A stretch of 12,748 nucleotides of DNA. Source: Pseudomonadota bacterium. Lineage in GTDB: Bacteria; Bdellovibrionota_G; JALEGL01; DATDPG01. The notes beneath the pieces were generated by a model. That model searched no databases. It was not told the origin of the DNA and saw only the letters and a program-made list of their open reading frames with translations. The stretch spans positions 1 to 12,748 of the forward strand of contig JAZDIZ010000020.1 in the NCBI GenBank assembly GCA_043804515.1, given 5' to 3'. Position 1 is the first letter of the stretch. Every line of letters begins with the position of its first letter. Position numbers and translations under genes: made by a program. Of the stretch, positions 7,720 through 12,748 are shown piece by piece.

Positions 7720-8817
7720 ATGAAGCAGATGAAGTTTCGCTGGTTTTTCCCGATTCTGATCCTTTTGGCCCCTTCCGCGTTTGCCGCCGACACGACGCTT
7801 TTCGGCCGTGAAGGCGATTCCTACGGCCCCAAGCCGGGATCGCTCACGTTCACGATGTACGGCGGGAACTATCTTAATGGCTTGGGCCAGGATCTCATCA
7901 CAGCGCACGATAGGCAGACGAAAATCTGGGATACGGGTCTCCGGGCCGGATGGGCGTTCAACAAGTTCGTGGAGACCGACCTCTCCTTCGGCTTCGCCCG
8001 GACGAGGCTCACGGCGGACACCGAGAACGTCTACCTGTTCAGCGCGAATGTGACCGGTCAATACCCGGTTTTTGCCGATCGCCTGGTTCCGTATCTTACG
8101 TTCGGCGCCGGGAGCGTTTTCTTCGACCCGAAGCGGACTCAGGGGGACACGGATTTCGCGATCAACTACGGCGGGGGCCTCAAGTACTTCATCTTCAAGA
8201 ACCTGGCGCTGGCCGCAGACGCCCGGGGTCTAACTTCGTTTCAAGAAACGCACACCGCGCTCCTTCTGAGCTACGGCCTCATCTATTATTTCCAATTCCG
8301 TGGGGAGAGACCCGCTCCGAAGGTGCTCGAACCCGTGGCGCCGTCGCCCGCTCCCCCGCCTCCACCCCAGGTCACTCCTGCACCGACACCGCAGCCAACG
8401 GCGATGCCCACGGCCGGACCGACTCCGTTACCGACGCCCGTCAGCGAATTGGATCAGTTCGGCGGCGTGATCGAAGGGGTCACTTTCGAGACCGGGAAAT
8501 ACATCATCCGGAAGGACTCCTATACGACGTTGAACCTTGCAGCCGGCTTCTTCGTGAAACACCCGGAGCTCAAGTTACGAGTCGGGGGGTACACGGACAA
8601 CACCGGGAGCGATGCATTCAACCAGAAGCTGTCCACGCGGCGTGCCGAGGCCGTCCGGCAGTACCTTCTCAAACAGGGTGTCCGCAAGGAGCGGATGGAG
8701 GCTGCGGGGTACGGCTCCTCCCGGCCGATAGCCACGAACGATACGCCGGAAGGACGCTCAAAGAACCGCCGCATCGAGTTCAAGATCCTCAATCCCGAAG
8801 CGTTCAACGCCCCGTGA
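7720..8817 (+). CDS. OmpA-family outer membrane protein (beta-barrel, Pro/Thr linker, peptidoglycan-binding domain)
   Basis: Signal peptide ending AFA; alternating beta strands (VPYLTFGAG, NYGGGLKYF, LSYGLIYYF); Pro-rich linker; OmpA_C motifs GYTD, N..LS.RRA..V..YL, GYG...P and NRRIE. Confidence 0.93.
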   Translation: MKQMKFRWFFPILILLAPSAFAADTTLFGREGDSYGPKPGSLTFTMYGGNYLNGLGQDLITAHDRQTKIWDTGLRAGWAFNKFVETDLSFGFARTRLTADTENVYLFSANVTGQYPVFADRLVPYLTFGAGSVFFDPKRTQGDTDFAINYGGGLKYFIFKNLALAADARGLTSFQETHTALLLSYGLIYYFQFRGERPAPKVLEPVAPSPAPPPPPQVTPAPTPQPTAMPTAGPTPLPTPVSELDQFGGVIEGVTFETGKYIIRKDSYTTLNLAAGFFVKHPELKLRVGGYTDNTGSDAFNQKLSTRRAEAVRQYLLKQGVRKERMEAAGYGSSRPIATNDTPEGRSKNRRIEFKILNPEAFNAP

Positions 8818-9341
8818 TCCTCCGGGCATTACTGTTCCTTCCGCTCCTTCTTTCGTTGGGTTGCGACAACCCCTCGATTCCGTGGTTGTGGAAAACGTAC
8901 GAACATCCCACGTACCGGTTTCGTTTGCGTATGCCGCGGAGCTGGTCGTTCCAGCAGGATTCCGTGATGGGCTCCGCCGTGATGCTGCTTGCTCCGGAGG
9001 ACGACCCCGTGTTCCGCACGAACATCAACATCGTGGTCCAGTTGCGGAGGGAAAAACTGACGCTGGAGCAGATGGCGGCCCAATCCTCCAAGCAACTCGA
9101 GCTGATTTTCAACCAGTACCGCCTTCTGGGAGAGGCGAAGACGACGCTGGGAGACATCTCGGCCCTCGAATTGCGCGGGCGCTATCTGGCGCGGGAGGGG
9201 CCCCGCATCGTGCGCACGGTGATCGCGCTGACCCTCGATACGATTTATGTCTTCACGTTCACGTGCCGGGAGGAGCGCGAAGGAGAGTTCCAAAAGACGT
9301 TCGACGGGGTCCGCGAGAGTTTTCGCGCGCCGCAGACGTAA
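8814..9341 (+). CDS. DcrB/PsbP-like lipoprotein (175 aa)
   Basis: The GTG start overlaps the upstream TGA (GTGA). Lipobox LLLSLG-C. WKTYEHPTYRFRLRMPRSW, FRTNINIVVQ, IYVFTFT and the terminal FDGVRESF resemble the PsbP/DcrB pattern. It is the last 175 codons of track ORF 7950..9341. Confidence 0.75.
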   Translation: MILRALLFLPLLLSLGCDNPSIPWLWKTYEHPTYRFRLRMPRSWSFQQDSVMGSAVMLLAPEDDPVFRTNINIVVQLRREKLTLEQMAAQSSKQLELIFNQYRLLGEAKTTLGDISALELRGRYLAREGPRIVRTVIALTLDTIYVFTFTCREEREGEFQKTFDGVRESFRAPQT

Positions 9342-9387
9342 GCTCCGGACAGGCGCCCAAGCTTCCGACATCCGAATCAGACCCACG

Positions 9388-9416
9388 TTCCCCTCTTCGG
9401 TATTTCGGGTTAGAGT
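9388..9416 (+). promoter_or_regulatory. Weak candidate sigma-70 promoter of the M16 pair
   Basis: TTCCCC-N17-TAGAGT; the -10 box ends 9 nt before ATG 9426 and there is no SD. Confidence 0.3.
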
Positions 9417-9425
9417 GTCGCCTTC

Positions 9426-10829
9426 ATGAAGCGGAGCATCTGCTGGATATTGTTTTTTATCGTGTCGGCCGGATGTGCATCCGACCGTTGGAGGGCCAGA
9501 ACGTTGGAATCGGCATCAAACGCGGCGTCGAAAGTCTATGAAGTCAACAGCATCCTGTTCGGGCGGGACATCCGGGTCCAGAAATTCCGGCTCACGAACG
9601 GTCTCCAGGTGATCGTCATGGAGGACCATTCCGCTCCGATTTTCGCCTATCACACTTGGTTTGACGTTGGATCCCGCAACGAGCGCGAAGGCAGCACGGG
9701 GATCGCCCACCTGTTCGAACATCTCATGTTCAAGGAGACCAAGAACCAGCCGGAAGGAGCTTTCGATCGGGCCCTCGAGGAGCAAGGGGGCCGGGTGAAC
9801 GCCGCCACGTATATGGATTGGACGTTCTTCCGTGAAAGCCTCCCTGCCCAGGCCTTTTCCTTGATTCCGCCTTTGGAAGCGGACCGGATGCAGAACATGA
9901 TCTTGAATGACAAACAGGTGAATGCGGAGCGGGAGGTCGTGGCCAACGAACGGAGGTTCCGGACGGACAACTCCCCCTCCGGCCTGATGTACGAGAAGCT
10001 GTACCGGGCGGCTTTCACGACCCATCCCTATTACTGGCCCGTCATCGGGTGGATGAAGGATATCGAATCGATCACCACCGCCGAGTGCGTCCGGTTCCAT
10101 TCCACGTACTACGCTCCGAACAACGCGACCGTGGTGGTCGTTGGGGATGTCCGGGCGGAGGACGTCCTGAAGCGGATCAACGACGCCTACGGAAAGGTTC
10201 CGTCCTCCAAGCTCCAACCTGAAAAGATTCCGGTGGAGCCCCAACAGACCGCCGAGCGTCGGGTGACGCTGGAGCAGCCGCTCCCCTCGGAGAAACTCCT
10301 CGTGGCTTACAAGAGCGCCGCGTCGGTGCACGCGGATTTCCCGGCGTTGCAGGTCCTGAATTCCGTGCTGTTCGACGGGAAGAGTTCACGGCTCTATCGC
10401 CGGCTCGTGACCGACGGGCAGATCGCCAGTGATGTGGGAAGCTGGGTGAACCAGACGAAGGATCCCGGGCTTTTCATTATGGACATCACGATCCGACCGG
10501 AGAGGAAGGCGGCCGAGGCCGAAAAAGCGATCTATGAGGAACTCGGGCGGCTGGGGCGCGAGGCCGTGCCCGAACGGGAAATGGAGAAGGCTAAGAACCG
10601 CCTGGAAACTTCCTTCTGGCAGGGGTTCCGGACGGACGACGACAAGGCGCAGGCCCTGGGTTTCTACGAGACCGCGGAGAGGGATTATCGGCGTTTGTTC
10701 GAGGAAGTGCCCAGGTACCGCAGCGTCAAGGTGGCGGACGTCATGAGAGCCGCCAAGGCCTATTTCGGGGCCGAGAGCCGGACCGTCGTGACGGCGTATC
10801 CTCAGAAAAAAGGTGTCTCAAAGGAGTGA
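9426..10829 (+). CDS. M16B zinc peptidase, catalytic subunit, probable lipoprotein (467 aa)
   Basis: LTNGLQV, VGSRNE, GIAHLFEHLMFK (HXXEH), NAAT, EREVVANERR, HPY..PVIG and YYAPNNA. N-terminal lipobox-like IVSAG-C. Confidence 0.95.
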   Translation: MKRSICWILFFIVSAGCASDRWRARTLESASNAASKVYEVNSILFGRDIRVQKFRLTNGLQVIVMEDHSAPIFAYHTWFDVGSRNEREGSTGIAHLFEHLMFKETKNQPEGAFDRALEEQGGRVNAATYMDWTFFRESLPAQAFSLIPPLEADRMQNMILNDKQVNAEREVVANERRFRTDNSPSGLMYEKLYRAAFTTHPYYWPVIGWMKDIESITTAECVRFHSTYYAPNNATVVVVGDVRAEDVLKRINDAYGKVPSSKLQPEKIPVEPQQTAERRVTLEQPLPSEKLLVAYKSAASVHADFPALQVLNSVLFDGKSSRLYRRLVTDGQIASDVGSWVNQTKDPGLFIMDITIRPERKAAEAEKAIYEELGRLGREAVPEREMEKAKNRLETSFWQGFRTDDDKAQALGFYETAERDYRRLFEEVPRYRSVKVADVMRAAKAYFGAESRTVVTAYPQKKGVSKE

Positions 10830-10833
10830 GGTG

Positions 10834-12240
10834 GTGCGGATCATGATTTCTACATTGGTTTTTTCTTTATTGGGGGGCGCCCCGTGGGGCGCCGACGGGG
10901 CTGCTTCGTTTCCGGCGCCCTCGCAAATGCCCCTTCCTTCCTGGGTGAATGTGGACGGGATCGAAACCGTTCTGGCCGAAAAACACGACACACCGTTGGT
11001 GACGCTCGCCATCGCGTTTCCCTCCGGGGCCTATTTCGACCCTCCGGGCAAGAGCGGCCTGGCGAACTTCGTCGGAGACATGCTTTTGAGAGGGACGAAG
11101 ACGCGGACCCGCGCCCAGATCGAAGAGGAGCTGGATTATTTGGGGGCGAGCCTCGGAACGGATGTGGGGTTCCAGTCCTTTGCGATGCAGGGGCAGGTCT
11201 TGAGCCAGAATCTAGTCAAGCTGGTGGAGCTCATCGCCGACGTTCTTCAAAATCCGAGTTTCCCTCCTGAGGAGATCGAAAAGCTGCGCAGCGAGGACAT
11301 CTCACAGCTTTATCTCAAGCTGGAGGACGACGCCACGCTGGCGCGTATCCACTTCATGCGGGCGGTATATAAGGGGCACCCGTACGCCAATGATCTGGAC
11401 GGGACGATCAAGAGCCTCAAATCCATCACGCGCGAGGACGTGCTTGCGTTTTACAGGGCCCACATCGAGAAGAAGGGATTGATCGCCGGAGGGGCGGGAG
11501 ATCTTACGCGGGCGGCGTTGACGGATATTGTTCGGAAGCTCGTCGCCGGGTTGCCCGAGGGTTCGTCGGAGAAAAAACGCATCCCGTTCAAAGGCGCGGT
11601 CCACGGACGGGAAATTATCCTGGTGGACAAACCGGATCGGACGCAGGCGCAATTCCTGATCGGGGAGCCCTCAATCGACGCGAACGACCCCGACTTTTTC
11701 CCGATGGTGGTGTTCCTGACCGCCTTCGGCGGCCACATGTTCCAAGCCCAATACATGCAAGAGATCCGCGTGAAGCGCGGGTGGTCGTACGGGGCCTACG
11801 CTTCGCTGGATGCCCGAAGGGACGGAGGGAGCGCTTTTCTTTATACGTTCCCGGCCACGAAGGACACCATTCCGGCCCTCAAGCTGAGCCTCGAGCTTCT
11901 GGATCAGGCGGTTTCCGGCGACGGCCTGAAGGACGACGCGTTCGAATTTGCCAAGAACTATCTGGCCCGCTCCTACCCGTTCATGGTGGACACCCCCGAG
12001 CGCGTGCTCTCCCAGGTTCTCACGAACCGGTTCTTGGGTAGATCCGACGATTACCTTCAAAACTACATCTCCAGGATCCGAGCGGTGACGCCGAAGATGG
12101 CCCGAAGCGCGGCCCGCAAACACCTGGAGACCAAGAATCTGGTCATTTCGATCCTGTGCACGGCCAAGGACTTCAAGGACAAGATCGGCAAGGAATTGAA
12201 CGCCAAGAAAGTCACCGTCGTCCCGTACAACGATCTCTGA
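10834..12240 (+). CDS. M16B peptidase partner subunit lacking HXXEH (~468 aa)
   Basis: DPPGKSGLANFVGDMLLRGT replaces the zinc motif; HPY, VDKP...Q and the R/Y pair EIRVKRGWSY are present; N-terminal signal peptide. GTG 10834 follows SD AAGGAG (10821-10826); ATG 10843 is an alternative start. Confidence 0.92.
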   Translation: MRIMISTLVFSLLGGAPWGADGAASFPAPSQMPLPSWVNVDGIETVLAEKHDTPLVTLAIAFPSGAYFDPPGKSGLANFVGDMLLRGTKTRTRAQIEEELDYLGASLGTDVGFQSFAMQGQVLSQNLVKLVELIADVLQNPSFPPEEIEKLRSEDISQLYLKLEDDATLARIHFMRAVYKGHPYANDLDGTIKSLKSITREDVLAFYRAHIEKKGLIAGGAGDLTRAALTDIVRKLVAGLPEGSSEKKRIPFKGAVHGREIILVDKPDRTQAQFLIGEPSIDANDPDFFPMVVFLTAFGGHMFQAQYMQEIRVKRGWSYGAYASLDARRDGGSAFLYTFPATKDTIPALKLSLELLDQAVSGDGLKDDAFEFAKNYLARSYPFMVDTPERVLSQVLTNRFLGRSDDYLQNYISRIRAVTPKMARSAARKHLETKNLVISILCTAKDFKDKIGKELNAKKVTVVPYNDL

Positions 12241-12257
12241 ATCCTTTATCGCAACAG

Positions 12258-12379
12258 TTTAAGCGGGCCGGGTCGTTGCCTTCGCTCTGGCTGCGAAGGA
12301 CGCCGGTGTTCCGTCGGCTCCGCCGGCAATCTAAGGCTCCGCCGCCGGAGCCCCCGGCGTCCCTGAAGCAGCATTTAAA
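12258..12379. repeat. Nested inverted-repeat element (REP/MITE-like or structured RNA)
   Basis: GGACGCCGG (12298-12306)/CCGGCGTCC (12354-12362); GGCTCCG/CGGAGCC (12335-12352); CCTTCGC/GCGAAGG (12279-12299); direct repeat GGCTCCGCCG at 12316 and 12335. Confidence 0.5.
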
Positions 12380-12673
12380 TCGGCACCGCCCCAGCCCGCC
12401 GGGACGACGGGGCTTAGAGATTCCAAACTTCATTGGCGCCGATCAAGTCATTCTCATCGCAGAGAATATGTCTGGAATGAAAGGAATCAGCCGGCCTGCA
12501 TCTCATTTCTTTATAATAAAAGAAGGACTTTGGTCGCACAGCTGGGGACTGCGTTTCGGGGGGTCCATCGGAGACCCCAGGCGTGTTCAGTGCACTTTCG
12601 ATTGACCGGAACACACGAGAAATTGGGAGATCCTTGCTGCGAGGGGAAGGCGGGCGGGACGAAAAAGCGTGTC

Positions 12674-12748
12674 ACCGACCGTGCAGATTCACGCGGATGA
12701 GGCGAGCTGGCATAGCCTCAGACGCGATGAAGCTGCAGGGAGGCCGGT
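12674..12748. other. Long imperfect hairpin, possibly continuing past the window edge
   Basis: Nested pairings TGAGGC/GCCTCA, CGCG/CGCG, TTCA/TGAA, TGCAG/CTGCA and ACCG.CC/GG.CGGT. Confidence 0.5.

Noticed and set aside
6466..8061. Plus-strand ORF 6466..7401 and the 138 aa N-terminal extension of dgt
   Set aside because: The first is antisense to dgt; the second is antisense to the OmpA-family gene and lies upstream of an SD-supported ATG.
7950..8813. First 288 codons of the 463 aa ORF 7950..9341, as a possible overprinted gene
   Set aside because: It is an Arg-rich off-frame reading of the OmpA-family gene; only the part from GTG 8814 looks like a real protein.
12156..12614. ORFs 12156..12605 (+), 12212..12433 (-) and 12414..12614 (-)
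   Set aside because: No SD or recognisable motifs, atypical composition, and they run through palindromic DNA.
12241..12748. CRISPR array, tRNA, tmRNA, group II intron end or integron attC site
   Set aside because: No spaced direct repeats, T-arm/CCA end, domain V motif or RYYYAAC...GTTRRRY boundaries were found.

Overview
GC-rich bacterial chromosomal window, probably from a diderm organism; taxonomy cannot be fixed from the sequence. Left to right: the 3' part of a DsbD-type disulfide reductase; a cassette of two unrecognised exported lipoprotein genes behind a well-formed sigma-54 (-24/-12) promoter, the first broken by a frameshift and the second very Cys-rich; ligA divergent from an L-lysine 6-aminotransferase (lat); a lower-GC membrane protein with two zinc-ribbon motifs downstream of a dGTPase-like HD protein; an OmpA-family protein coupled to a DcrB/PsbP-like lipoprotein; a two-subunit M16B peptidase; and about 500 nt of hairpin-rich DNA with no credible ORF. 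I found no rRNA, tRNA, CRISPR array, integrase or transposase. Most of the window is housekeeping or envelope genes. The best candidates for something undescribed are the sigma-54 lipoprotein cassette beside dsbD, the structured non-coding right end and the AT-shifted segment between lat and dgt. All family calls come from motif recognition, not database searches.
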